Notes: generated by a model from the sequence alone, not told the origin. A stretch of DNA of 64,000 nucleotides from Takakia lepidozioides (GCA_030704615.1 CM060734.1:2170001-2234000), one strand, 5' to 3'; positions 1 through 12,588 are shown, numbered from the stretch's first letter. Program-made: numbers and translations.

Positions 1-254
1 TTTCGTAATGACGCAAACTCCACGAGGAGACACTTTCGTCCAACCCTTTCGAACCCAAGTGGTGCATCACCGCCGTTTCATCTACTTTTGTCGTGTCTCC
101 TCAGTCACCCCTCTCGCGCCCTTTCCATCTGCACTCTTTGCCCCTTTTCCCTCTCTCTGTTCTTCTTATGCTCGAACCTGAGAGGGGGGGAGTTCGTGCA
201 CCAGACAGGAGACCTCGTCGCAAGCTCCGGAAATTATACTTCGGACGTAGGCCA

Positions 255-3200
255 ATGCCGAAGGGGAGGAAGCAGATGCGTCTACAGGAGGAGATTGCCA
301 TCTCCGAGCAGCAGGCCACTCAGGCAACCCAGCCACCAGTGAGAGCTCCATGCGATCGGGCTGCGCGCAGCTGATCGAGCACCGAACCCCCCATTTTGCT
401 TCTGTAATTCTTAGACTGAATGCTAGGAGACTTGAATGCAGAACATGTTTGCATGCCTAACAGGAAAGGTGGACGTGCTGGAGGGATCGCAGGAATCCGA
501 AGAGCCGCAGGAAGAGTCCGAGGAGCTAGCTGCAGCACGTACACCCACCCGATCCCCGAGCGCGGGTACTCCTGCCGGGCCTAGCCCTCTGCGATTCAAA
601 GACGCGTCTTCGAAGGGCAAGTTCAAAGTCTCAGAGATCGACTCGCGTTCTTCGATCATGGAGAATCGCCAGCAGGGGTCGGGCCCTTCTCCAGCAAAGT
701 CGAAGAAGAAGCAGCCCGTCCCTCTACTGGCTTCTGAACCGGCTCAGGCCGATTCACCCCCCCCAACGCGAATGAAGCAGCAGGGTAGAAGACAGATTCT
801 ATTGCAGCAGACACCTTCACCTGCAAGGATGAGGAAGCAGAAGGCAATCAGGGCGACGGCCGAACAATCTCCCGCAAAACCGCTTCCACGAGCTGAAGCT
901 CAGTTCCTGGAGGATTTCCCGCCTGCAGATGTTGGGGCCGACTCTGCTGCAGCGAAGGCAATGGGATCGACCGTTGATCTCGATTTGGTACCGGAGGAGG
1001 GTGCTGCCGCTGAACGTTCGCAGGCAGACCTCACCACCGATGAGCTAGCAGGCCCGGAGGAGGCCTCTGCAATGGCAGAATTGCCCGCACACAGGCCCCA
1101 GAGTGCAGCTCCAGTTGAGGATGCTCCACCTGCTCAGCCACTACCGGCACCTACAGACATGTCTCCGGAGGATTTCAAAAGTGCAGCGGATAAAATGTTG
1201 GAGGAGACACACAGTAGCATTGGCAGAGTTCTGGGCAGCAGGGTATTCCAGCGGACTCTTCGAATCCCACTCTGTCGCATGGTCTCCCTTCCCATCGTCA
1301 GGCAGGCCCTTCCCGGAGATGTGGATAAGCTCAAGTTCGCATTTCGAGAAGGGTACCGTCTGGGATCGGCAGCGTTTTACGTTTCCATAGAGAATGAGGA
1401 CGGCGAAACCCGTGGACCCACTGCCGATGAATTGTCAACGTGGGATACCCACTGGCACACTCGCAACCACGAATTCGAGGCGACGCTGAAGGGTGATCCC
1501 GACTTCGGCCATATGTCGGGAAAAATGTTCTTTGTGTGGGACGGGAATCACCGACTTCTCGCCTGGTGGGAGTACATCAAGCAGAACCATGCCAAGCACA
1601 TTGGCTGGCATTACATGGTGGAGTGTGTCATCCTCAAGGTGAAGGCGGCAGACTCCTCCCTCCTCAAGAATGCCATGGCGGACCTCAACTCGTAAGATAC
1701 TCATACCCTCCCTAGCACATTCGAAATGCGGTGCCGCATTTCGGTTTCCATTCTGGTTTGATTCCGTGCTTCCGTGTACTGAACTGGAGAGTGTGCCTTG
1801 CAGGGTCACTGAGAATGCGTACGTGCATACCCACATGGCACATATGCTGTACAGGGTGAGGAAAACTGGTCTTACTGATCCGCAGATGTTTGCGGAAATG
1901 CTGGAGCCGGAGCTCATTCAGAAAGCCGTTGCAAAAACAGACCGGACATGGTATCGTCTCACTATGGATGGAATGGTGGAGGTGATATACGAAGTAAGTC
2001 GTGCTCCAATTTCCCTCTGCTCATCCTTCCCCAATTTCCAGTAATGTTTCCACATGAATCGAATGTAACGCTTCTGCATGTTTTTGTTGGCAGTCAAACA
2101 TCAAGCTGGATTTGGCCCATGCCAAACGCTTCTTCATGGAAAGTGAGGGGCAGGTCAAAACGTTGCAGTCATTGACTGAGCACTTGAAGGAAGCCGGTGT
2201 CAAGTCCAGAACCAAATACAAGTCAAAGCTTGTGAAGCTGGTGGCAATTGCAGATCCGGCACTTGGAAAGGACTTCATCCCCGAGATTGCAAAACACTAT
2301 TCTCGGGCCATGCAGCCGACCATGCAATTGGAGAAACTGCATCACCTCTCAACGGCATGTGTGGAGGCGAAAGAGAAGGTGAGGTTTCAATGCACTGAAT
2401 TTCCTTCCTAGCAATAGCCACTCTCTTCCAGCCACTGACATTGGATCGGAAATGGCAGACACGGTGGCTGTCGATCTGGAATGCATCCGAGAGCATAAGG
2501 ACAATGTGGTCTTTTCCACTGGAAGTTTCCGACCCTGCAGTGGATGTGTGGCTCAACCGTATGACTTGGTGGTTCCAGGTAATTCAAGGTACTTCCCCAG
2601 ATTTGCTTTTCTGACATGAATTCCCTGAACTGCTACGTGACAATGCATTTGGGAATGGCAGGTAATGTCGAATGCAAAGGAGCAAGTCGTAATGCACACA
2701 AATTCGTTCGGCTTGTACGTCAAATGGGATGGAACACAGACATTGGAAGACTACGTGACACGTTTCAGATGTGCGTACAAGGACAACCTTTTCGCCAGAG
2801 AGCTACAGACAGCAAGAAGGAGCGTGGAGTTTACACATCAGGAGGGAGCGGGGAAAGCTGCAATGCGAATTGTTTACAGGTGAAGCACAGCTGCCCTTGT
2901 ATGCGAAGCCTGGTTACGAGGTTTGTCTCGGAAATGCGGCACCGCATTCGCATTTTATGTTTTCGGTGGCACTCTGCCAGTAGGTTGGTCTCAAGTTTTG
3001 CTCACGCATGCTGACTGCCTTGCAGGTATATGAAATACGTGCTCCTTCAGACAGGGGCCCTGGCTCAAGAGCCCCCGTTCTTCATGGCTTGGACCGTGGC
3101 GGGCCCAAGCTGTGTCTACACACCCGAGATGCAGAAACAATGGCATCCCGCGCATCTCGTTGGATGCCCGTGGTACCTGGACATGTCTGGCGGTATTGTT

Positions 3201-5379
3201 GACGAGTCTGAGAAAGATCTGCACGCCTTGGCAGAAGAGAAGAGAAAGGAAAGACGTGTCCCTGCTGGGCCAAAGTCGGCAAAGGAATCTGCTGCTCTGG
3301 AAGAATCCAGAAAGGCAGCTGAGATGGCACAAAAGACGGTGGATGCAGCTGTGCAGGCCCAACAGAAGGGGTCGAAGAAGAGGACTCGCCAGCAAGGAGC
3401 AGCTGTTGTGACACCCGCCAAAACGAAGAAGCAGAAACAGCCTGTTCAGGAAGAGGGTGAGGAAGAGGACTCCGATGGAGACTTTGCAACCAGCCCACCC
3501 CCCCAAACGCAGGCTGCCTCCCCTGTGCCCACCGTTGTCACCAGAGGCACGAGAACTGGCTCGGCAAAGAAGGCACTCTTCAACCCCCCAGGGGGGCACC
3601 CTTTCGAGCCGGTGGAAATGAAGAGGCCGAAAGTGGCTCCCGAAACTGTAGTCCAGTGTGTAAATGAGAGTTTCTTGGCGGCTTTGGATGGACGGGCAGC
3701 CAAGTTGGCATACATGAAGACCATGGAGGGTCTGAAGGGCAGAGCACTGAAGAAGGCGACTGCCGAAGAGCCTTCCGACACCCCAGGATTTCAGAATATG
3801 GTCTCGTTCTTTGAGAGGGTGTGTGCAGACAAGGATTGTAGGAGGGGCGGAAATGCCACCGAGTGGTCTTGCGATATGATCATCTTGGATATTCCGGACG
3901 GAGAGCCTGTGGAAGGACTGCAAGCTTTGCCATCTTGGAACAGGTACTCGGAGGACTTTTGGAAGAAAGGATTCGGGCTTGCCCGCATGGTGTTGGACGA
4001 CAGAGGCTGTGTGGTTGTCCTGGCGAGCAGAGGAAAAAACACTCAGACAGGAATTGCGAAGTGGACCCGCAAGAGCGCCGTCCCGATTCTGAAAAAGAAG
4101 TGGACGTGCATCAACACACTGGGCCTTCGGTCGGAAGGGAAGAAGGTGATTACGACACTGGCACTCGTCCATTCATTTGCTTGGGTGCTTTCAAATGCGG
4201 TGCCGCATTCGGTTTCTAATCGTTTTCCCCCTGTGTATGCAGACGAAGCAGTTCGATGCATACTGCTTTGTGAAGGAAAACTCCACCTTTGCTTTCCGGA
4301 AGGAGGGAGGAAAGGTTGACCCGAACTGCGACCCACTCGATTACGACGTTCTGTTCAACAACGTTCCCAAGGAACTTCTCCCTCATAGCCTCACTTCAAC
4401 GGAACCCCTGCGGTACTCACGGACTCGGAGCCCTGCCTTCATTCAGACAATTATGGAGACATGCACAGACGTGGAGGGCACAGTGCTGGACCTCATCTGT
4501 GGGACAGGTATGCAGAATCTTGATCTCTGCTGTTCTGCAAATTCTCGTTAGGATGTAGTTCGCAACATCTGAAGCGCCATGTGGTAATGTGTGGATGGCA
4601 TTGTAACAGGTGCCTCAATGTGGGCTGGGCGGTTTTCCGACCGGCACCTCTTTGCCTACGAGGAGGATTCATCCGTGTGGGGATCCCATCTGGAGGGGCT
4701 GCAACGGAATGTGAAGGCTCCCGACAGAGCGGAAGTCTCCTCGGATTCGTCGGAGTCCGAGGAAGACACAGTGGACATTGATGCAGAGGAGAACCCGGAA
4801 TACGAGTGAGTGCAAACATTGTAAGTTTGCAAAGCCTTCTGGGTCATTTATGTCAAAGGAATTTCCCGACTGTGGTTCTCATTAGTCTCGTTGATGATTG
4901 TCATGTGCAGGATTGCAGGGTCCGGGTCGAAACATGTAGGGCCTACACTTCCTGCCAGGAAGAATGTCCCGTTCTTTGCGAGGGCCGACTTCATGACGAG
5001 CCCGGTGAGGGACTACTCCCTTCCTAGTTATGCAGCTAAACTCGCAAATACAGCGATTAGAAGAAGTGAGAATCCCAGTAAAGTAGAGCAGATTTTGGAG
5101 AGGGCTAGGGAGGACAGAAGGATAAGGAAAGAGTTGGCAGCAGCTCAGACAGGTAGACGGGTACGAAAGTACATATGTGATTCAGCGGATGAGAGCGACG
5201 CAGACAGGGAGGAAGACGACCCAACGGAGGTGAGATGGACAGTTCCGCAAGGGGAAGATGGGATTTTCGAAAGCCTGGCCAACGAGCAGTCCGCTGGAGA
5301 TGAGAGAGGCACTGAGGGGGTGGAGGAGGAGCAGGACAGTCTAGAACAGGATGAGGATTCCGATGATTTTCAAGATTAA
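255..5379 (+). CDS. Spliced ParB/Srx-like domain + beta-class amino (N4C/N6A) DNA methyltransferase-like fusion protein, ~1,400 aa (family member A)
   Basis: Hand-built GT-AG exons: 255-338, 442 or 469-1691, 1804-1993, 2094-2378, 2432-2578, 2662-2879, 3026-4145, 4243-4507, 4610-4805, 4911-5379. Phases are consistent and there are no internal stops; the exon 1/2 acceptor is uncertain. ParB-like segment RIPLCRMV..VR....VDKL..F..G....FYVS...FFVWDGNHRLLAW (DGNHR ~1540-1554). MTase motif IV-like CDMIILDIPDG (~3870-3902) precedes motif I VLDLICGTG|ASMWAGRFSDRHLFAYEED (4483-4666, across an intron), which is beta-class order. Low-complexity N-terminus and acidic C-terminus. Confidence 0.8.
1722..1743. 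repeat. Intronic copy of palindrome A (intron 2)
   Basis: CGAAATGCGGTGCCGCATTTCG inside intron 1692-1803. Confidence 0.9.
2930..2951. repeat. Intronic copy of palindrome A (intron 6)
   Basis: GGAAATGCGGCACCGCATTCG inside intron 2880-3025. Confidence 0.85.
4192..4211. repeat. Intronic copy of palindrome A (intron 7)
   Basis: CAAATGCGGTGCCGCATTCG inside intron 4146-4242; the equivalent site in the duplicate is at ~8968. Confidence 0.8.
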
Positions 5380-5567
5380 TAGAATTTTAATGAAGTCTCT
5401 GTAAATGTAAATTCTCTTCCAGAGTATATAAAGAAAATTCTGCCCGACATTCGTGACCCCTCTCCAGTGTGCATTCCAGCCACACAATCGCCCAAACCAG
5501 GACGCTCCCAAAATCAGAAATGGGTCAGGGCATTTCCAAAATTTTGGCAACTCTAAGAACCTCTTTT

Positions 5568-6393
5568 GGAAATGCGGCACCGCATTTCCAAAACAGGGGA
5601 GGGACTAATTTTTCCATTTCAATGTTGGCATAGTAAAAAGTAATCTGAATTGGGAATGCGGTGCCGCATTTCCAAAATTTCCTTTGTCCACACGCCAGTT
5701 TTGGCCTCTCCCGCTCATTGCATGGATGCCACCACGCTTACAGAGGTCGAACAAGGAGGTCGAACAAGGAGGCCGACATGGCGGGATTGGAAATGCGGTG
5801 CCGCATTTCCATATTGGGGATGGTGGTTGTTCGAACTGCAGACCCATCAGCAAAAACTGGCACCGCATTCCATTGTAAAAAAAAAGTCGATGACGGACAT
5901 GGAAATGCGGCGCCGCATTTCCAGAACGGACATCGCAATTTGTCAATTTGCAGACCCTCTCTCGGAAATGCGGTAACGCATTCCATCGCGCTGGTCGGAA
6001 ATAGGTGCACTTTTCGAAGTGTTGGACGGAAATGCGGCACCGCATTCCCTTGTCCAAAAAGAAGTTTCCATTGCCAAGCTGGAAATGCGTCGCCACATTT
6101 GCCATGCCAACCTCGTTTTCTGATCAATTTATAGACCCGTGTTGGTATTTCGTGTACCTGGACGGAAATGATGCACCGCATTTTCTTGTCCCACATGGAA
6201 ATGCGGTGCCGAATTTCGATGTCCGACATGGAAATGCGGTGCCGCATTTCGATGTCCGACATGGAAATGCTGTGCCGCATTTCGATGCGGACATGGAAAT
6301 GCGGCACCGCATTTCGATCCCGACATGGAAATGCGGCGCCGCATTTCGATGCCGACATGGAAATGCGGTGCCGCATTTCAATGTCCGACATGG
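5568..6393. repeat. Array 1 of 22-bp palindrome GGAAATGCGG-YR-CCGCATTTCC (~15 copies)
   Basis: Copies at ~5568, 5653, 5789, 5901, 5964, 6028, 6081, 6163, then a 30-34-bp tandem (6197-6393, unit CCGACATGGAAATGCGGTGCCGCATTTCGATGT). One further degenerate copy at ~6629. Confidence 0.95.
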
Positions 6394-6896
6394 CGTTACT
6401 CTGGTATATTCTTGACACATGACTCACATACCGGTTACTCTGCTTTATTCAACCAGACAGACAAATTGTAGAAATGAGACATCAAATTGTAAACAGTGGG
6501 CCAAATCCGAGAGTTATTCAACACAATGAAACACAGTCATACAGAAGTGAGGTACATTCCAGGGCACAGTCACTGCCAGGTGGGCCGATAGCCACTGGAC
6601 ACGACGAAGTCCATCCCCTCTTCGATGTAAATGCGGCGCCGAATTTCCATCCGGGGGGATGGACTTCGGTGGCAGATCTCAAACTATAACTTGTTGATGA
6701 GAAAGATGTATGGGTTCATCCACCGCTGGCGTGATGAACACGTTCCACCTCCGTCGGTGGGTACGTGTGACCCAGATGCTCCATTTTGGAGGCCGGACTG
6801 CTCTTCCGCTTCGTATCTTTTCCAAAATCTAAGGGCTTCGTAGCTGTCCGCAAGGTCATCGGCATCCAAGTCGTCCTCAGGTCCTCCTTTGCAAGG

Positions 6897-7460
6897 ATGC
6901 CGTGCTTCCGGAACCGGGACGACTGCCCCTTTGGAGGCATCGATTATGCAATGTATTCGGCCACATCGGGAGACATTGTTATCTGGTACACAGATTACAC
7001 AGAAGATACTGGTTCGATTGTGGAAACATTGGTGGCTTTCGAGTATATCGTAGGCCACTACGCCTTCGAGCGGGGTGACGATCTTGGTTTGAGGAGTCCG
7101 TGGCTCCTGCGCATCCTCGATTCCGATTTTCCCAGCTACGACGGTCACCCATGCAGAAGAAGGCGCACTGCTATGCTGTTGCGGTGGAACTGCTGCCACT
7201 GGACGTGGGTGGACTCCATCGGAGAGACCTATTCTCCTCGAGGAGTGCGCTCCTCTTCTCCATTGTATGGGGACATTCGCATTGGTGTGGACGACGAAAA
7301 CGTGAAGATTTCCATATTCGATGGTGGTATGATTGAAGGGCAGGACATTGTGGTGAACATCACTAGGGGCGGTACAACGGCTGCAATCGACTTTACATGG
7401 AGGAGCCCCAGGACTCATGAGCTAGTTCTGAGAGCAGTCGAAGTCCCATTGACAACGTGA
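6897..7460 (+). CDS. Uncharacterised 187-aa protein, type orfA (MPCFRNRDDCPFGGIDYAMY...WNCCHW...ELVLRAVEVP)
   Basis: Intact intronless ORF from ATG 6897 (inside ORF 6786-7460). Homologous to ORFs at 12589, 13562 and 11437-12014. AATAAA at ~7545. Confidence 0.65.
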   Translation: MPCFRNRDDCPFGGIDYAMYSATSGDIVIWYTDYTEDTGSIVETLVAFEYIVGHYAFERGDDLGLRSPWLLRILDSDFPSYDGHPCRRRRTAMLLRWNCCHWTWVDSIGETYSPRGVRSSSPLYGDIRIGVDDENVKISIFDGGMIEGQDIVVNITRGGTTAAIDFTWRSPRTHELVLRAVEVPLTT

Positions 7461-7934
7461 CTTGTATTCAGTAGGCACAGGGCTCAAGATTTGAGGGCAC
7501 AATCAGCACAGTAGACGTGCTTCAAATGCAATTCATGTGGATCAATAAAAACCTCATTGTGCCCTCTTTTTATTCTATTCTGTGTCCATTGTTCCGAGAA
7601 TGCGTCATTGCTCATTTCGTTTGGGATTGGGAGTGTGGGTGAATTTTGCAAATGGCTGGTAGGCTGAAACGGGCCCCCATTGTACAGAGCAGTACCACCC
7701 TACCATTCGCGAAACATTGCCTTTCAATATATAATTCTAAATAACATTGCCGAACCTCCTTCATCGGGAGGTCCTTCTCCCCCTATGACCGTGGCACCCT
7801 AAACCCTATTCCCGCGGACACTCATTTCCGGAAAATAGTGCTGCTCATGTTTTTTTCCACACTTACGACTCTGCTCATGGCTCATGCCGCTCATGGCTCA
7901 TGGCTCATGAAATAGCAGCCCCCGCATAGATCTG

Positions 7935-10156
7935 GTTGGATGCCCGTGGTACCTGGACATGTCTGGCAGAATTGTTGACGAGTCTGAGAAAGATCTGCAC
8001 GCGAAAGCAGAAGAGAAGAGAAAGGAAAGACGTGTCCCTGCTCGGCCAGAGTCGGCAAAGGAAGCTGCTGCTCTGGATTAATCCAGAAAGGCAGCTGAGA
8101 TGGCATAGAAGACGGTGGATGCAGCTGTGCAGGCTCAACTGAAGGGGTCCAAGAAGCGGACTCGCCAGCAAGGAGTAGCAGTTGTGACACCCAAGAAAAC
8201 GAAGAAGCAGAAACAGATAGTGCAGGTAGAGGGTGAGGAAGAGGACTCCGATGGAGACTTTGCAACCAGCCCACCCCCCGAAATGCAGCCAAAATCCCCT
8301 GTGCCCACCGTTGTCACGAGAGGGACGAGAACTGGCTCGGCAAAGAAGGCACTCTTCAACCCCCCGGGGGGACACCCTTTCGAGCCGGTGGAAATGAAGA
8401 GGCCAAAAGTGGATCCCGATACAGTAGTCCAGTGTGTGAATGAGAGTTTCTTGGCGGCTTTGGATGGACGGGCAACGAAGTTGGCATACATGAAGACCAT
8501 GGAGGGTCTGAAGGGCAGAGCACTGAAGAAGGCGGCTGCCGAAGAGCCTTCCGACACCCCTGGGTTTCTGAAGATGGTCTCGTTCTTTGAGAGGGTGTGT
8601 GCAGACAAGGATTGCAGGAGGGGCGGAAATGCCACCGAGTGGTCTTGCGATATGATCATCTTGGATATTCCGGACGGAGAGCCTGTGGAAGGACTGCAAG
8701 CTTTGCCATCTTGGAACAGGTACTCCGAGGACTTTTGGAAGAAAGGATTTGGGCTCGCCCGCATGGTGTTGGACGACAGAGGCTGTGTGGATGTCCTGGC
8801 GAGCAGAGGCAAAAACACGCAGACAGGAATTGCGAAGTGGACCCGCAAGAGCGCCGTCCCAATTCTGAAGAAGAAGTGGACGTGCATCAACACATTGGGT
8901 CTTCGGTCGGAAGGGAAGAAGGTAATTACGACATTGGCACTCGTCATTTCATTTTCTTTGGAGTTTTGAAATGCGGTGCCACATTCGATTTCTAATCGTT
9001 CCCCACTGTGTATGCAGACAAAGCAGTTTGATGCATACTGCTTTGTGAAGGAGAACTCCACCTTTGCTTTCTGGAAGGAAGGATTGTTGGTTGACCCGAA
9101 CTGCGACCCCATCGATTACGACGTCCTGTTCAACAACGTTCCCACGGAACTTCTCCCTCATAGCCTCACTTCAACTGAACCCCTGCGGTATTCACGGACT
9201 CGGAGCCCTGCCTTCATCCAGACAATTATGGAGGCATGCACTGACCTGGAGGGCATAGTGTTGGACCTCATCTGTGGAACATGTATGCAGATTCTTGTAC
9301 TATGTTGTTCTGCAAATTCTCAGTATGTTCAAATTTGCCATATCTGAAGGGCCATGTTTTAATGAGTGGATGCCATTCTATCAGGTGCCTCAATGTGGGC
9401 TGGGCGGTTTTCCAACCGGCACCTCTTTGCCTACGAGGAGGACACATGTGTCTGGGGATCCCATCTGGAAGGGCTTCAACGGAATGTGAAGGCTCCCATC
9501 GAAGCCAAATATTCCTCGGATGATTCCTCGGACTCGAAGGAAGAGACAGTGGACATTGATGCCAAGGAGAACCCGGAATACGAGTGAGTGCAAACATTGT
9601 AAGTTTGCAAAGCCTTCTGGGTGATTTTTTGTCACACGCATTTCCGGACTATGGTTCTCATTGGTCTCGTGGGTGATTGTTATGTGCAGGATTCCAAGAT
9701 CCGGTCAAAACCAGTGGCGCCTACATTTCTTGCCAGGGAGAATGTCCCGTTTTTTGCGAGGACCGACTTCATGAAGAGCCCGGTGAAGGACTACTCCCTT
9801 CCTAGTTATGCAGCTAAACTTGCAAATACAACGATTAGACGATGTGAGAATCCCAGTAAAGTAGAACTGATTTTGGAGAGGGCTAGGGAGGATAGAAGGA
9901 TAAGGAAAGAGTTTAGAGCAGCTGAGACAGACGGGTGCGAAAGTATATATGTGATTCAGCAAAAGATAGCGATGCAGACAAGGAGGACGACGACCCAACG
10001 AAGGTGAGATGGTCAGTTCCGCAAGGAGAAGATGGGATTTTTGAAAGCCTAGCCAACGAGCAGTCCGCTGGACATGAGAAAGGCAATGAGGGGGTGGAAG
10101 GGGAGCAGGACAGTCAAGGACAGGATGACGATAGTGATGATAATTTCCAAGATTAG
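7935..10156 (+). pseudogene. 5'-truncated, decayed duplicate of the 3' half (MTase part) of gene A
   Basis: Colinear with ~3160-5379 including introns; retains CDMIILDIPDG and VLDLICGT; premature TAG at ~8106 and frameshift at ~9930. Confidence 0.9.
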
Positions 10157-10289
10157 AATTTTAATTAACTCTCTCTACATTAACATTCTCTTCCAGAGTA
10201 TATAAAGGAATTTCTCCCCGCTGTTGATGTCCCCTCTCCCATGTGCTTCTAAACGACACCATCTTTCAAACCACGTCCTTCCCAAAACC

Positions 10290-11166
10290 GGAAATGCGGC
10301 GCCGCATTTCCATGTCGGAACGGAAAAACGGAAATGTGGCAACTGCAAATACATCGTTTGGAAATGCGGCACCGCATTTCCATAACCGGGGCAAGAACAA
10401 TTTTCCGTTTCCTGTTTGGACATCAGAAACTGTTCGGCCGAACGGAAATGCGGTGCCGCATTTCCGTTTTCGACATGGAAGTTTTGCCGATTGTCAGCTC
10501 CTTCCATTGAGGTAAATGGAAATGCGACGCCGCATTCGGAGATCGAACACGTTATTCCCATGGCGGACATGGAAATGCGGTGCCGCATTTCCATTTTGGA
10601 GATGGATGTTTGTCCAATTCCATACCCTTCGACGGAAATGCGGCACCGCATTCCATTGTCCAATACGAAATTTCGATGATGGACATGGAAATGCGGGGCC
10701 GCATTTCCATTTTGGAGATGGATGTTTGTCCAATTCCAGACCCTTCGACGGAAATGCGGGACCGCATTCCATCGTGGTGGACGGAAATGTGGTGCCGCAT
10801 TTCCAGAACGGACATCGTTGTTTGTCCAATTCCAGACCCTTCGACGGAAATACGGCACCGTATTCCATCATGTTGGACGGAAATGCGGTGCAGCATTCCA
10901 TTGTCCAATACGAAATTTCGATGACGGCCATGGAAATGCGATGCCGCATTTCCAGAACGGACATGGACATGCATTGGCGATTGGACATGCTTGGACAATT
11001 CAAGGTCAAATATGGAAATGCGGTGCCGCATTTGGAATTCGAAGTATGGAAATGCCATGTCAAGAAAGGAAATGCGGTACCGCATTTCCGTTACGACCTG
11101 AACGGAGGAGTGGGAGCTGCCGGAAATCGCTGCATGGAAAAAAATGAAATGCGGTGCCACATTTCC
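10290..11166. repeat. Array 2 of palindrome A (~15 copies)
   Basis: Copies at ~10290, 10359, 10444, 10518, 10571, 10633, 10687, 10749, 10783, 10846, 10879, 10932, 11013, 11068, 11146; includes a ~116-bp higher-order repeat (10561-10790). Confidence 0.95.
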
Positions 11167-11436
11167 GAGCTTGGGCATGTACATGTTTCCTTTTACTCAT
11201 AGATGGATTTCCTTCACCTCAGGACTCTGATATTGCTGACTCTGAGATATTGATGTGGACAGACACATTGTAGAAATGAGACCACAAATTGTAAACAGTG
11301 GTTACAACAGTTCTTGAATACAATGAAACTCAACACACAGAAGTGAGGGACGATGGGTTGTTTTATTGATCGAACACGGTGTGTCACATTTAGCAACTCC
11401 AAACAAATCTAAGCCCTTCCGCCTTCTACATGGGCG

Positions 11437-12014
11437 TCACCAAGTCGACGGAACTTCGATAGCCCTCAAAACAAGCTCATTACTGACGCGGCACCTCCAG
11501 GTAAACTGCAATGCGGCCGTTCTGGTGCCCTTGGTGGAGCTGACGACAATGTCATGCCCATCAATGATACCACCATCATACATTGACAAGGTCACTGTGG
11601 GCCTCATGTGCCCGTGCAATTCGTCTTCGCAACTCAGCTGAATGTCTCCATACACTGGAAGAGCGGAGTGAACTCCACGAATATAATTTTCCCCGGTGCC
11701 GTCCTCCCTGGTCCACTGGCAGCAGTTCCAGCGCCAAAGCGAGGCCGTGCCTGATCTGTCCGGCATCCCATTCGAGCTTGTATATCGAGGTCAACAATTT
11801 TCAGGACCCACGGACTGCATTGACCCTCGCCCTCACCTCGCTCAAAGCGGTAATAGCCCTCCAAATACTCCATTGCGCGCAAAGACTCCTGCTTGATTCC
11901 ACAAGCGTCAGTGAAAACAGAGAGCCACACAATGATGTCTCCTGATTTTGGTTTGAACATCGCATAATCGTGGCCATGATAAGGGCAGTCAGCAGGATTG
12001 CGGCGGCACGACAT
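11437..12014 (-). pseudogene. orfB-type uncharacterised protein, frameshifted
   Basis: ORFs 11634-12014 and 11437-11766 together match 13562-14140, with a frameshift near 11775. Confidence 0.8.
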
Positions 12015-12588
12015 CCTTGCAAAAGATTAGCGGAGTACGCTCAATGATAGCAGCTCCCGGATGGAGGAGACAGCAGCGCGGTGGCTGGAAGTAGTTCAAG
12101 GACATGACAATGTGTTTGCAAATGCTGCAATTCCTCACTAACACTCCAGGGCACATTTAAATTCCCCCCCTACAGAAACCTGCACGGATGAAGATTGGCT
12201 GCTCCATGAATGTAGCCGTTTCAGTTTCCTTCCATGCCATGCAAACTATGGGCCGTAAGTGTCAGGTGGGCCTATAGCCACTCGAGACGACGAAGTCCAT
12301 CCCCCCTTCGATGTAAATGCGGCGCCAAATTTCCATCCGGGGGATGGACTTCGGTGCCAGATTACAAACTATTCCCCGGGGATGAGAAAGAGGTAGCGGT
12401 TCATCCACCGCTGGCATGATGAACATGTTACACGATGATTGGTGGGTAGGTGGGACCCAGATGCTCCATTATTGGAGCCCGCACTGCTCTTCTGCTTCTC
12501 ATCATTTTGAAAATCAAAGGGCTTCGTTGCTGTCCGCAAGGTCATTGTCATCGGCATCAAAGACGTCCTCAAGTCCTCCTTTGCAAGG

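Noticed and set aside
2991-4172. Long minus-strand ORFs (also 7905-9112 and 6684-7418)
   Set aside because: Antisense shadows of GC-rich plus-strand coding exons.
255-5379. Bacterial or phage contamination as the source of the ParB-MTase gene
   Set aside because: Nine GT-AG introns, intron positions shared with paralogue B, and interleaving with plant retroelements.
5605-6427. ORFs over the arrays (also 10175-11202 and 34343-35182) with repeated KCGAAFP/EMRHRIS/GNAVPHF peptides
   Set aside because: These are translations of the palindrome in all six frames, not plausible genes.
5568-11166. Palindrome arrays as CRISPR arrays
   Set aside because: Spacers vary from ~10 to >100 bp and are related to each other, there are no cas genes, the context is eukaryotic, and the same motif occurs singly in introns.
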